A stretch of 57,388 nt of DNA from an uncultured virus (IMG/VR IMGVR_UViG_2061766007_000738) (taxonomy: Duplodnaviria; Heunggongvirae; Uroviricota; Caudoviricetes). Of this stretch, positions 1 to 11,963 are shown in pieces (position 1 is the stretch's first letter; each line of letters opens with the position of its first letter). The notes beneath the pieces were generated by a model. It searched no databases, was not told where the DNA came from, and saw only the letters and a list, made by a program, of their open reading frames with translations. A program made the position numbers and the translations under genes. Location of the stretch: IMG/VR virus record IMGVR_UViG_2061766007_000738. The stretch is one strand, 5' to 3'.

Positions 1-378
1 CACGAGCGTATCCGCATCCAGTGTGTGTATACGCGTGAGCGAACGCCGAAACACCGTTAAATCCGGAGGATTATCGTCACCATCGTTAAATAGTGAGGTT
101 TTACCTTTCAAACATCCCGCATATTCTCCTGCAGGGGTATAAATATCGCCCACGCCGGAGGTTTGGTCAAAACGTACTACCCCCACCTCAGCCCCGGTGC
201 TGTCCGCAATCCCCCACTCGGACTCAGAAATATAGGAAATATGGCACGGCAATACATATTTATCCGCGCTGTAAAATCTCCCCCCTAAGAACATCCCGCG
301 TGGAATCTGTATGGTATCCGCGCGAAAAGTGCTCTGCGGCGTGAACGGAGATATTCCTGTAATAAAAGAGTTGGTCAT
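1..378 (-). CDS. Tail/baseplate-associated protein, 3'-partial (runs off the window)
   Basis: Not in the ORF track. The ATG at 378 overlaps the previous stop (TGATG). The frame reads MTNSFITGISPFTPQSTF...TLDADTLV with no stop down to base 1. Confidence 0.6.
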   Translation of the reverse strand, partial: MTNSFITGISPFTPQSTFRADTIQIPRGMFLGGRFYSADKYVLPCHISYISESEWGIADSTGAEVGVVRFDQTSGVGDIYTPAGEYAGCLKGKTSLFNDGDDNPPDLTVFRRSLTRIHTLDADTLV

Positions 379-1290
379 CAACTGCTCACTATATCATGTA
401 GTGCACTAAACTGATACCACAGCAACCCACCGGATACTGTTTCATACTCGGAGTTGAATCTTATGGTGCCGTCGAGAATGGGCGCCAGGTTTAATTTATA
501 AGAACCCCCACTGCTGCTGGAAAACGCAACGTCAATCGGGCATGGTTGCATATAATTCGCAGGACTCAACGACGCTTCTATATAGTTATTATCTACACAG
601 GACGGTGAATTTGTATTCAATCCGATCCGGGCACAAAGTCCGCCACCGCTGCTCACCACCCAGTCACCGCTATCCACGGTCCCACCGCTGCCTGTTAGAT
701 AAAGGGTATACGCGCCTGTTGTATCGACAGAAGAACCGTTGATGTAATATATATGCTCGACATCCCTACTAATTATTTCCGAGGGTTGTGTGTCGTCGTA
801 AAATGTCGCAGTACCTCCGGACGTAATCACACCGGCAGTAGTAGAGCTGTCGACGCTAAGATCCACTAGCGGCACAGAGACGTGGTCTCCGAGTTGTAGG
901 TACGCCGCAGCTGCATGAGTTTGCGGAACGAACTGTATATATTTGGGATTAACCACGGCATCGGTGAGGTTGACGAGCACCTCGTCAGCTACCGGGGTCA
1001 GCATGACTGATCCNNNNNNNNNNNNNNNNNNNCGCTTCAACCGTCGGCTGAGTAGGGATGGACGCTTCCAAGGAGCAGAGAGGTGCATCCCCAAGTTTAA
1101 ATATCATACTCAGGCGGTTTCCGGTGCGGTTGTATTTTGCCAACCTGACCACTGTATCTGCATTGGGGGATGACGGCGCCCGGCAGGTGATGGATATCCC
1201 TTGAATATACCCGGTAGATACTTCGACACCATCCCGCCAAAGAGGCAGACCCAGTGAGTAACCGTTCAGTTGTGTATTAGCTAACAGCAT
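378..1290 (-). CDS. Putative tail fibre/baseplate protein
   Basis: ORFs 985..1290 and 378..1094 joined across an N gap at about 1014-1032. S/G/T-rich and beta-like, in the distal tail region. Confidence 0.5.
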
Positions 1291-2645
1291 CAGGTAGTAG
1301 TTATCCCTTTGATCGCGTAGGTTCTAAGTGTCTGCGTCGGTTTCTCTACACGCGAGGAGAGCAGACTGTCGTACCACACGGGTGTAACCGTATAGGTGTT
1401 ATAGTTATTCGTATCCACCTCATATCCGGAACTGTCGACGGATAGCAGATTAACGGCAAAACCGGTTGCGAAGTTCTGTGCCGCATAACCTAGCCCCTTA
1501 ACGTATCCGCCACCGCTACTGAGGGCGGGAACATATACACCGACCTGCCAGTGCCCGGAATTGAATTGTGTCAGCTCTTCGATATCGGAAATGATCGCCC
1601 CGGATGTATTTGCAGGGAGATGTAGTGGGTAGGTAGTTGCTGTGAGTGCATTGAACCCTTTAATGGAACCGCTGCCGGCACCGACCCCTGCACTCAGCAC
1701 AGTATACTTGGCATTGGCGTCTGTTCCCAAGAAGATTTTACTCGCAGACACAGTAGCGCCGGAAGNNNNNNNNNNNNNNNNNNNNAATGGGATGGGGTCT
1801 TGTCCGTTATAGGTTGCTTTATTGTTATCCAAGATGTCCGAGTCATTGGAGTTGATGGCGGTCCCCATATAAAAAAGCAGGTATTTTTCCCAGTATCCAC
1901 CGTCTTGGACAGTACTGCTCGTGAAATCGATGTTGGCATAAGCAAGGAAACCGTGCGTATCGCATGTCGGATTACTCCACCCGACCGCTGCGGCGATGGA
2001 CTCTCGAATACTCGTAGCGTAACAAAGATACGATTCAGCGAATACATAAGTATTCCACCGATCCACCAACTCCTGATATTGTTTCCAATCGCCTTCCGGA
2101 TAGGAATTATTGCGTTCCCGCATCAATCTCCATGCGATTTTATTGATCGCGTGATACAGAACCATTTCGAGGCACATGAGATCCTGCCATGTATCGCAGT
2201 TGGTACATCCGGGGTCTTTGTGTAATACCGATCCGCTGCCGTGTTGCTCCGTCCAGCTTCCGAGCGCGGGCAACATATTAATATTGCAGTACCCGCCACT
2301 GCCGTNNNNNNNNNNNNNNNNNNNNNNNNNNNNNNNNNNNNNNNNNNNNNNNNNNNNNNNNNNNNNNNNNNNNNNNNNNNNNNNNNNNCCATACTGCGCA
2401 GAACCACCCGATGTCATCGCGTCGCGCTTCTGTGTAATAAAGGTGTTGTACGCTTGAACCGGATCGGGCGGAAGATTGGTGTTGAGCGTAATGCCCCCGG
2501 AGACAACCAGCCCCATAGAAGTGTAGACACCCGCGCCGCTGGTGGCGCTGAATACGACAGCACCGGAGGAGCCATAACCAGTAGGCGTGTAGCTGTTGTT
2601 GCCGACCTGAAAGCAGATGGAACAGCCCGAGACGAAGTTGCTCAT
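1290..2645 (-). CDS. Putative tail fibre/baseplate protein (451 aa)
   Basis: S/G/T-rich ORF with a CTNC motif, translationally coupled within the tail operon. Confidence 0.5.
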   Translation of the reverse strand: MSNFVSGCSICFQVGNNSYTPTGYGSSGAVVFSATSGAGVYTSMGLVVSGGITLNTNLPPDPVQAYNTFITQKRDAMTSGGSAQYXXXXXXXXXXXXXXXXXXXXXXXXXXXXXGSGGYCNINMLPALGSWTEQHGSGSVLHKDPGCTNCDTWQDLMCLEMVLYHAINKIAWRLMRERNNSYPEGDWKQYQELVDRWNTYVFAESYLCYATSIRESIAAAVGWSNPTCDTHGFLAYANIDFTSSTVQDGGYWEKYLLFYMGTAINSNDSDILDNNKATYNGQDPIPXXXXXXXXSGATVSASKIFLGTDANAKYTVLSAGVGAGSGSIKGFNALTATTYPLHLPANTSGAIISDIEELTQFNSGHWQVGVYVPALSSGGGYVKGLGYAAQNFATGFAVNLLSVDSSGYEVDTNNYNTYTVTPVWYDSLLSSRVEKPTQTLRTYAIKGITTT

Positions 2646-2654
2646 GCCGTCCTC

Positions 2655-3551
2655 CTACTTAAGTCTCGCCGCCTGTACAGACATGACGTTTAAATTCGTT
2701 TCCATCTGCGTAACAAACGAATTAAGAACACCAACCCGATCATTCAGGGCGCCGATATTATTGACGAGTGTTGCGATTTCATCGCCCGAGCAACAGCTTA
2801 CCGCTTTTAGATTATTGATCGTGATGCTGTGAGTCTGTCCATTAGCATTGATGCTGAGATCACTGTCCGGGGCCGCAGCTATCGACCAATTGGCACCGGT
2901 GGCGTCTTCCGGCAGATCCGCACCCACCAGTATGCCGTTGATCGAAGTGATGGGAATACCGTACTGCTCGGTAACATAGTTGAATAGTGCGGTATCAGAG
3001 GTAATGATCTGATTGTCCGGCGGTATCTCAGCGCCGGTGCAACTTATGGTTACCGTATTACCGTTTACCGAGAAGTCCACCCCTGCACCAGCAACGAAGG
3101 TAATGATTCCACTAAGTGTTTGATCCCCGATTTGCACACCGGCCAACCACGAAGACATGTGTTGGATACACCCGGTGTATAGTCTACCACTGTCAGCATC
3201 TAATTCCGTGACTGCAGGCATTTGCTGCGTGACCGAAAGGTCGCCAGTAATGATGTAGCCTTCAAGAACGATCCCATCTTGAACGCACTTGAAGTTAGTC
3301 CGGACACCGATAGCTGAACTGACGTCTACCGTAGCGACACAACCGAAGTCTATGGTAGAATTGGTAATATCCGCGGAGAGGTAAAATCGAACCTGTGTAC
3401 CGTCAGTGACCACCTTTGAGAGATAGGTGGTNNNNNNNNNNNNNNNNNNNNNNNNNNNAATCAGTGCGGTGGGCACAGTATTCCCGACGGGGGGATCGAA
3501 CGGATAATAACGATGTGCGTTTTCGTTAGGCCACTCGAGCAGGATAGCCAT
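2655..3551 (-). CDS. Putative tail fibre-associated protein with C-terminal coiled coil
   Basis: N-terminal WPNENAHRYYPF, ITSINGI repeat-like motif, heptad-like C-terminus; position in the tail region. Confidence 0.5.
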   Translation of the reverse strand: MAILLEWPNENAHRYYPFDPPVGNTVPTALIXXXXXXXXXTTYLSKVVTDGTQVRFYLSADITNSTIDFGCVATVDVSSAIGVRTNFKCVQDGIVLEGYIITGDLSVTQQMPAVTELDADSGRLYTGCIQHMSSWLAGVQIGDQTLSGIITFVAGAGVDFSVNGNTVTISCTGAEIPPDNQIITSDTALFNYVTEQYGIPITSINGILVGADLPEDATGANWSIAAAPDSDLSINANGQTHSITINNLKAVSCCSGDEIATLVNNIGALNDRVGVLNSFVTQMETNLNVMSVQAARLK

Positions 3552-3563
3552 CTTTCAGCCTTT

Positions 3564-5030
3564 CTATTCAGTGTCGGCGTTGCTGATAAGTTTGACGCCC
3601 ACTGCACGGAGTTTTATTGCTGATCCGGGTGAGTTGGCGGTAAGCGTGATCGTTACCAACGAATCGCCGGGGACACTATAGCTAGTGGTGCTTAGCGCTT
3701 CGGTGATCGATCCTGCAGCTCCGTTGCCGGTGAGGCTTATCGTTGTTGCAGTAGATACAGCCGCGGCTCCGGTAGGAGCGGGCTGAATAAGGATACTACC
3801 ACTAAGTGTTCCNNNNNNNNNNNNNNNNNNNNAAATATATTAATTGTCCACGGATTGAGGCTGTCGCTGGCGGGGATCCTTACCACACCGATCAATGTGG
3901 AGGTAATGCCTGCAGGAAACGTGATAAGTGCATCGGTGGCAGTGCTTCCTACCAATACGTTGTTGGCATTAATCGTCTGCATGTCGATGTATTTGGAAAA
4001 CCATCCCGCATTGATCGTATATACACCACCGCTATTGCTTATTTCGATACCAGCACCCTGATTCAGTTGCTGAACCACCGGACCGGTTGTGATCCCCGTG
4101 CGGGAAATAGACGTGATGCACCGACCGCTGATACTGTTGTCGTCGTTAACCGGATATTCGGTATCCAAATATACTGTGCCGTACGCTCGAGTGGTTCTGA
4201 TGACGTTGTTTCCCAGCGCCGGAGCGATCGCGGTGACTTCCGGGTTGACAGTAGCAAGGGGGTTGACCCCGAACAGCGTTACGATAGTAGGCTGTGTGCT
4301 GCCCGCGATCATGAGCTGGCCGTTAACGNNNNNNNNNNNNNNNNNNNNNNNNNNNNNNNNNNNNNNNNNNNNNNNNNNNNNNNNNNNNNNNNNNNNNNNN
4401 NNNNNNNNNNNNNNNNNNNNNNNNNNNNNNNNNNNNNNNNNNNNNNNNNNNNNNNNNNNNNNNNCCCCATTCTCCGCCGTTCAGTGTATACTGGGTATGA
4501 CGGTGACCATCATATGTAGGGCTTGCGGGCCGGAAGATGAACACCCCACTTGCGGTCAAATATCCACAGTATACCGGCAGTTTACCTGTAGGAACACCTT
4601 GTGACAACGTGCCGTCTACGTCGAGATAATATTCACCGGGGACAGTGAGCTCCAACTCACTTCCTTCGATCGCACCGTTCAGAAGCAGCTGTGCAACCCC
4701 GGAGACATCAGGCGCGGTATAAACGATGCCGGCAATATAGGCAGCTCGGTCCGGTACTATCTTACCATTTGCGTCCGTAGTCCAGTTGGGCTGTGCCGGG
4801 ATATATGTATTGGTTGTAGCGTCGAAAGCCACCAGTTGCCCTTTTCCGCAATTATGAAGACCGCTGTCACTGATGACGGTGCCTTCATCGTAGTGGGTCA
4901 TCATCGAAGCTTGGAGCGTCTCTGTGCGTGTTTCCAGCGCATCAATGATCGGCTGAAGCCCCGCATTATTCAACGAAGTGGTTCCGTCAACAATAGACGG
5001 AATTGCAGGCCATCCGGTATTTTCACTCAT
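3564..5030 (-). CDS. Putative tail fibre/baseplate protein
   Basis: ORFs 4323..5030 and 3737..4312 plus a manually read C-terminus (GTLSGSILIQ...ISNADTE*, TAG at 3564) joined across N gaps. Contains PGEYYLDVDGTL. Confidence 0.5.
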
Positions 5031-5377
5031 TAGCTCACCACATCAATAAGAGTAACAGTCCCGTTTGCCGGGACAGCTTTAATCTCACCACCGGACAACA
5101 CTGTATAGTCGTAACCGATGTCCATAGAGCTGGCGCATCCTAGCTTTACAAGGCTCATGGCGCGTACAAAGCTGCCTGCAGGAATATTATCTGCGGTATT
5201 GGCGGNNNNNNNNNNNNNNNNNNNNNNNNNNNNNNNNNNNNNNNNNNNNNNNNNNNNNGCACTGTCCGCAACTTGCTGGATCGTAGCGCCGGATGTAACG
5301 ACCGGCAATGTTCCACCACTGGTGGCGGTGTAGAATACATACATCCCGTCGCAGACACTCGCAGAAATGTTTGCCAT
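5030..5377 (-). CDS. Small tail/baseplate protein
   Basis: 115-aa ORF coupled to its neighbours. Confidence 0.45.
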   Translation of the reverse strand: MANISASVCDGMYVFYTATSGGTLPVVTSGATIQQVADSXXXXXXXXXXXXXXXXXXXANTADNIPAGSFVRAMSLVKLGCASSMDIGYDYTVLSGGEIKAVPANGTVTLIDVVS

Positions 5378-5386
5378 AAGAACCTT

Positions 5387-6487
5387 TCAGAAATTGAAAC
5401 TGCGGCCGGTGTTCGTCAGCACCAAGTCCGCAACAGTATATTCCGGTATATCAAACGGGTTCCCCAACAACGTGCCGCTATGACCGACAACGTCGGTACT
5501 GACTACCGCACGACCGGTATAGCTGGCGAAATTGCTCAGGGCTTCCTGTTTATGCGCTTCGTTGTTAATATAAGGCCAGACGTAAAAAACGCAACCACGT
5601 TTCTGCAATTCTGTAAGAAGCTCTGCGCCGATGAATTGATTGTCGATAAGGCGTATGTTGGGGAATTGCTTTAGTATCTCGGGGTAGCCGGAGATGTCGT
5701 TTAAGCCGCTTCGAATTATATAAGTTATTGAGTCGGTGGGGTATACAAACTTATCATAATGCCCGAGAACCGACGACATATCTATTTTTTCTCCGGGGTT
5801 GAAAACGATCCCGAGCACGGCAGGAGCATAAACGAAGTCGCCNNNNNNNNNNNNNNNNNNNNNNNNNNNNNNNNNNNNNNNNNNNNNNNNNNNNNNNAAT
5901 AGACTCCAGCAACGCTCTTGTAATGCCATTAGGTGCGCCACCATAGACACTCTCTTTGATTGCTTGCCGTGTAGTTTCGTCCGCGGTATGATGGTACGGT
6001 GTATCCAACGGAGAATATTCTACCGATAATTCACCACCAAGTGCAATCAGTGTCAAAACTTTGTGGTTACTTTCATCCACACCCACAGTGCCGTAAGCGG
6101 ACGGGTGTTCGTTGAACCAGTAATACCCCGACAGATAATAGAAGTCGCGCCCGCGTAGTGCCGTGGGTTTAAGCCCACAACCGAAAGCGTCCAGTTCTTG
6201 CAAGTCGGAATAAAACCGATATTTGGCGCACCGGTTTGGATAGTTTGCCATTGCTTCGGCGACTGAAGCACCTGCGACGAGATCGCCTGCCAAGATGGCA
6301 TCTTCACCGCCAAGTGCAGGAACATTGACATACTCGATCTTGTCCAAGGGAATGGTGACTACACGATAATAGGGGCGCGTAGTTTCCATGCCCAGAGTAA
6401 GATCNNNNNNNNNNNNNNNNNNNNNNNNNNNNNNNNNNNNNNNNNNNNNNNNNNNNNNNNNNNNNNNNNNNNNNNNNGGTCAATCAT
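5387..6487 (-). CDS. Putative baseplate wedge protein
   Basis: Fragments 5754..6389 and 5387..5950 joined across gaps. Probable ATG at 6487 overlaps the end of the J-like gene directly upstream. Confidence 0.4.
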
Positions 6488-7812
6488 TCGCACCGACCGT
6501 GATCAGATTGATGGCAGAATAGCAGGCTACTGGTTTTGTAGTGCTGCTGAAGGGAGTGGCATTAATGGTTCCAATATTGCTTACGGTTCGCCCGGTTTCA
6601 TAATCGCGCAAGGTGTAGACTCCCGCACCATTCAGTGTAATATTGTAGTCCGTGAGGATGTTCCTCACCAGGGTATCGCCAATGGAGCTGCTATCCAACA
6701 AGGTGCCGTTGATTGCGGCAACAATGGCGTTTACCGCCGCGGTGCTCACAGCACCGGAGATCGGCAGATACATCGACACTTCCACCAGTCCGGGTGTCTG
6801 AACATTGAGACGCACACCTGTATTTTCCGTATATTGGTCAATCGATCGCTGTGCAGTCACCAGTTCTGCAAGTCCGAACACCTCCACAATGACATCTTCG
6901 GTGGCGGAGGAGCTCTCGCTGGAGTATGTCGCTGTTATTGTACGATCGAAGAGACTCACCGCGGTGGGTGTCGTCCCGTTAATTGTTTTAATAGCCGCAA
7001 CTCCGGTTGCCGGGATGTTGACCTGATAAACTCCGGCGGATTGCCTCGTAGCGACAGCGCTGATGCGCCATGTGGTCGGAGCGGCCGAAGTTTTGGTGAA
7101 CAAGTGCACCGTGCCTAACGATCCGTTTCGTGTAGGCAGACAGTCTACCACCAGTTCCGGGTTGTTGTAATTAAAGGTGCGCACCAACCCCTCTCGACAG
7201 GTGAGCGACTGCGGCGCAAGATACTGCCGGATACGGTTTATTTTCTGGGTGGCTGTGTAGGCGTTTCTTCCTCCGGTGATGTTAGCGTATACGGTAGCCG
7301 AGTAAACATTTGCCGAAATACCGTTCCAAGTAAGCTCTGTACCTTCAGATAACCCGCAGATTCCCGAGGTTGCTGACACGGGCACGATTACCTCGTAGCT
7401 GTCCACGCCAACTTGTACCAATGCCAGATCGGTCGAAGCCGCGGGAGTAATCGTCGCTGTAAAGTTTCCGGTTACTCCCAATACCGTATTCTCGTATACG
7501 AAGGATGTTCCGGACATGATCTGAAAAGTTTCGCCGTCGCTGACAAGAAGTCTAACCATCCCGCTGGCGTTTTGGGTTTCGGGACTTGTCAGCCCCAGAG
7601 AGTCGAAAAGTCGGTCGATTTCGTCCGCATGTGCCTCGGGATTTGCCAACAGCTCAGAGATATCCAGCGACTCGTAGGTGTTGTTTATCGCGGTGTTCGC
7701 TTGTTCCGATAATCCGACAATCGGTTCANNNNNNNNNNNNNNNNNNNNNNNNNNNCAGTTTACTGAACTGGTTGCGTAGGTACTGGTATATAAGTGTGGT
7801 GATGCTACTCAT
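6480..7812 (-). CDS. Baseplate J-like wedge protein
   Basis: ATG at 7812 (MSSITTLIYQYLRNQFSKL) joined across a gap to ORF 6480..7649. Motifs ASGMVRL, GTSF and ITGGRNAYT resemble baseplate J; follows a gp25-like gene. Confidence 0.65.
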
Positions 7813-8170
7813 AAACAGTTGTGGTCAAAATGTTATCTGTAGTCTCTATATTCAGCGTGACACTCAGTGTCGGCGCTGCATCTTCACAAGAAAAATATAC
7901 AGCGTTAACCGATGGATCCTGCGCCTGTAGAATAGTTCTGATTCGATTTGCGGCCAACGTCAGATAAAAGGAGATACCGGCAAATCCGGATTGCGGCAAC
8001 GTAGCGAAAACGTTGACGACACTTGAACCATTGAAGTTGCGTATCTCGGGGTCTTGACTGAACAACATTAGTGTAATCGCGCGTTTCAATAGCTCCGGAG
8101 TGTCGGATGACGGAACGATCGCTATTCGATGTTTTCTTACGGTTTCGGCGTAGTTCAGATCTTTGCTCAT
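7805..8170 (-). CDS. gp25-like baseplate wedge subunit
   Basis: 121 aa, immediately upstream of the J-like gene; alpha/beta pattern ending LSVTLNIET. Confidence 0.5.
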   Translation of the reverse strand: MSKDLNYAETVRKHRIAIVPSSDTPELLKRAITLMLFSQDPEIRNFNGSSVVNVFATLPQSGFAGISFYLTLAANRIRTILQAQDPSVNAVYFSCEDAAPTLSVTLNIETTDNILTTTVYE

Positions 8171-8517
8171 TCGTCACCCTCATAGGTAGCGCTAAGACCC
8201 TCTTCTTCGGGCTCCCCCGATTCTTCTTCAAAATCTACGATGCTTGTAAGTTTCAGTCCGGTAGCCCACTTAGCGCCTTCCTTGTTTAGCTTTATGTAGG
8301 TGAATCCCGCTTTCATCGCATCCATGACCCCATTTAGATCTTCGGTGCTGATGTCCAATTCTGAGGGCACCCTTTCGGTAACCATTTCCGCTACGTCTTC
8401 GGGTGTGATCTCCGGTAGCTCTATTTCTTCAGGATCTCCGTCGGCTAATGAGACGAAATATTCATCATATGTATTCTGCAGCTTTCTGAGTGCTGCGTAT
8501 AACTCAGTGTTCGCCAT
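8167..8517 (-). CDS. Acidic hypothetical protein
   Basis: 116-aa E/D-rich ORF overlapping both neighbours. Confidence 0.55.
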   Translation of the reverse strand: MANTELYAALRKLQNTYDEYFVSLADGDPEEIELPEITPEDVAEMVTERVPSELDISTEDLNGVMDAMKAGFTYIKLNKEGAKWATGLKLTSIVDFEEESGEPEEEGLSATYEGDE

Positions 8518-9385
8518 AAATCGTATTGGTGAGTGTGCTGTTGAACTTGGCGGCTAAACGATCGATTTTGTTGGCGTGTTGAGATATCGCGGCTTCCGAA
8601 ATGCCCAAACGTTTGGCCATCGNNNNNNNNNNNNNNNNNNNNNNNNNNNNNNNNNNNNNNNTGTCTATTTCCGGCAATTCAGTGTAGAATGAGTCGATAT
8701 ACAGTTCGTTGGCGTTCCGCCCTCTTGCTTCTAAGGAGTCGCCGTGTTCTCCGCGTGTTGCACTAGTCGACGTGGTTCCGTAAATAGACATCAAACGTCC
8801 GACTTTGCTGATCGGCATGCCGCTCTTATCTGCCAACATCGCCAGAGAGGGTTCTGCACCTGTCTCCAAAATATAATCCTGCTTAATCGCTTCGAGTTGC
8901 TTGCGCTCCAACGCGGAGCGTTCTGGAACATGTATGAAATTTCCCCGATCAGCCGCCAAACGTTTCAACCCTTGAAGTCGGTTGTAAACATATGTATTGA
9001 GCGATACGCCTTGTTTAGGGTCGTATCCGGGTAGCGCATCCAGCGCGAGCAGTCTTGCTCTCGTCAGATACCGACGATCTCCGCCAACCATATTAGTGAT
9101 CGCAGCATCAATTGTTGGCATCAAAGCAGCAAGCACTTCTTGTTTGCTGTTGGGTGCGTTGTCTTTGTAGTGCTGCCACGCATCTTCGCCAGAAACCCGT
9201 TGCTTTTTCACTTCGGCATTGATTTCGTCTTTGTGTTGACGATATTCATTGAGTCCTTGGAAGATGCCTGCGGTAGTATCCCCGGATTTAGGCGTAGTCG
9301 TATTGACCCCCACTTTAGTGCCGGTTTTCAGTCCGGTGGATTGCGCGGGAGCGGTATTTCTAGCTGTGTTTGAACCGATAGCCAT
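8504..9385 (-). CDS. Sigma70-family RNA polymerase sigma factor (group 3, FliA/SigB-like)
   Basis: Region 2-like ALPGYDPKQGVSLNTYVYNRL, IHVP linker, region 3-like TGAEPSLAMLADKSGM, and region 4 HTH MAKRLGISEAAISQ. Confidence 0.85.
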   Translation of the reverse strand: MAIGSNTARNTAPAQSTGLKTGTKVGVNTTTPKSGDTTAGIFQGLNEYRQHKDEINAEVKKQRVSGEDAWQHYKDNAPNSKQEVLAALMPTIDAAITNMVGGDRRYLTRARLLALDALPGYDPKQGVSLNTYVYNRLQGLKRLAADRGNFIHVPERSALERKQLEAIKQDYILETGAEPSLAMLADKSGMPISKVGRLMSIYGTTSTSATRGEHGDSLEARGRNANELYIDSFYTELPEIDXXXXXXXXXXXXXXMAKRLGISEAAISQHANKIDRLAAKFNSTLTNTIYGEH

Positions 9386-9424
9386 ATATTTAATATATCG
9401 TCATTTGGGTGGGTAGACTAATCG

Positions 9425-11123
9425 TCATACATCCCCGCCGAAGTCTTCATCATCACCAATCGCGACATTGGCAATAGCGTCGACGAGAGCTTGGTATTGC
9501 TGATACGCTTTAGCAACCATAGCCAGCTGGTTGGTTATTTGTGCTCCGCCGTTTGCGCCTGACACATTGGTTCCCGGATATAACGGGTGCGTCGCACCGT
9601 ACGTTCGTTGCATCTCTTCATCGTGAACATTAGAGATTTGCGCACCACAGGCGACATGCAACTCTTTTCGTTCAACCGATATCTTCATAGACAGATTAGC
9701 TAATAATCCGTAGCGTTTGGATGTCGGAATCTTGTCGACATCCATAACTTGGTTGCTATAAGCCTCAGGTACCTCAAATGATATCATCGTACCGAGGTGC
9801 GGGAGCAATCTCAAATATGTTGCAAAGGGTAACCGAAGCCCTGCCGCTGACGCGGCGCAACCCTCCTGCAGGTACCCGGTTACAGCGACGCGTTCAGCAA
9901 TATCGATCAGTGTTGTGAGCATCTGATCAGGTTTTGGTAATAACGACACCCAATTAGGAATATTTCGTTTGAGCGCCGCATCCACAGTCTCCATTTTACC
10001 CTCTAAGACGTTTAACCATCCCGGAAGCATGATCATACGCGCGGCATAGTTGTTGAATTGCCCCTTAGCGTTTTCCTTGCCAAACGCGGCTTGGAATTCT
10101 GCCTCTGTATAAACGTGTGCTTTACCACCACCTGCGCCGACGCCCGGACCATACACAGCAAGTCTCCCCGGGTGTGGATCGTTAGCCAACGGCGGGAACT
10201 GTACGACCCAAAAATCTATGTGTTGATCTAACTTGTATGCTGTATGCTCTTGTACGCCAACTATGTCGTTGAGCGATAAATCGAAATGCGATTTCGAGTC
10301 CCATGCATTAATAGGTTTGATGATCATGCGACATGGTGTGTGCTCGTCCGCCCCCATAGTTTCGGGAACCATTGACAAGTATAGCTGCTGTAAAGCTGCT
10401 ACCATCACTGACGCGGCAGGNNNNNNNNNNNNNNNNNNNNNNNNNNNNNNNNNNNNNNNGAATCGATGAGGGTTGCGGAATCACTACGCCCAGAGGACCC
10501 TCGCCAAAAATAACGGTATCCGCCAATTTGGTCATCGTGCTTTCTTGCCCGGTAGCTCCTCTAAGTTTGTCGAGAAGCGTGACCACGCATTTCGCAGGGG
10601 ATTGCTGGAACATCATCCCCATCTCAAAAGCATCGCCACTTACAGCCGCTACCAGCGTGCTCAACAGGTCTGCATAAGTTAGTGGTTGAACGCTTCCACC
10701 GTCCGTACCACCAAGATTATAGTATCTGAGCGCGTTTCCGGGTAATCCATTAACCGCTCCGGTGGCGCAGATAAGTTGTACGGTCAGCGTAGAGTTTACC
10801 GAGACTATATTGGTTTGCAACGCTGGCGTGATCGTAGCGACATAACCGCAAAACAATACACAATCTTGGTTTTCATCATCCACGTCCATGTGCAAGACTA
10901 TTGACCCTACTGCACCGGTTGGAGAATCTTTTAAGATATCTTTTGCAGAACTCCTGTCGGTAGAATCGCTAAGAAATTCCGCGGCTGTGCTTACGACAGC
11001 AGACACAACGGGAAAAGCACCTACCGTATAGGAAAAATCTGCCGCCAGTACAGGATAGTCGGCACTTTTCTCGTCCCGCGATATTTTCAGCGTCAGCTTG
11101 TTAAGATTTATAAAACTACCCAT
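9425..11123 (-). CDS. Putative baseplate hub/tail protein
   Basis: ORFs 10308..11123 and 9425..10408 joined across a gap at 10421-10459; lies downstream of the tape measure gene. Confidence 0.45.
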
Positions 11124-11435
11124 TGGTGATCATTGCGTCCAACAATTGATCGAGCGCGTCGCGAATAGTATCGAAAGGCAACGCACTGGTCTCTTCGTCC
11201 AAAATACCAATATCACGAATGCCCTGTAAGATTTTATCGATGATTCCTGTGTCGGTAAAATCTTCATAAAAGNNNNNNNNNNTCGGATCCGCCTTAAGGA
11301 GTTTTAGATAGAGTTTCTTATCAGTCATACAGAGACGAATATATAACTCGGCAACAGCACGAATACCTGCTTTAGTGGTGTCTCTGGGAATTAGTGCCGA
11401 CACCCATCGTGACACGGGACCACTCGGCGGGGTAT
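11116..11435 (-). CDS. Small hypothetical protein (start probably inside the N gap)
   Basis: ORF 11116..11415 extends in frame up to the gap. Confidence 0.45.
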
Positions 11436-11963
11436 NNNNNNNNNNNNNNNNNNNNNNNNNNNNNNNNNNNNNNNNNNNNNNNNNNNNNNNNNNNNNNNNN
11501 NNNNNNNNNNNNNNNNNNNNNNNNNNNNNNNNNNNNNNNNNNNNNNNNNNNNNNNNNNNNNNNNNNNNNNNNNNNNTCCTTTGAACGTTACTGAGTATTG
11601 CGTACTGGAACCGCGTGCACGGGTGATGACCGTGATTTGACGATCTTTGGCCTTCTTCAGCTGCTTATATTCTTTAAGAAAAGAGCTCTGGGAGCTGTTA
11701 GTAATCTGCCCACCGCAGGAGGTGAAAGGTCCCTCAAGTAACTTAAACTCGTAGGTGCCGAGACCCTTTCCGGCGGCAAGAACAAATTGTGAACCGTCTA
11801 CCGCCATGTCGTACTGTGTACGAAAGGGTTGATTGCCCCCGGCGCTGTCGATAAGTCGATATTTACGCGGGTGATTTGTCGCGCCGATACGAACGTCCAC
11901 CAGTTCGTACTTGCTTACCGTGTCCGACGTGATAAGATTTAGGGATGTATTGAACGTGCTCAT
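11436..11963 (-). CDS. Putative tail tube initiator-like protein (3' end inside the N gap)
   Basis: The ATG overlaps the tape measure stop (TAATG). Beta-rich; this position is typical of tube initiators. Confidence 0.4.

Noticed and set aside
93..344. Plus-strand ORF and a TATAAATA box at 138-145
   Set aside because: The region is explained by the open minus-strand CDS at 1-378.
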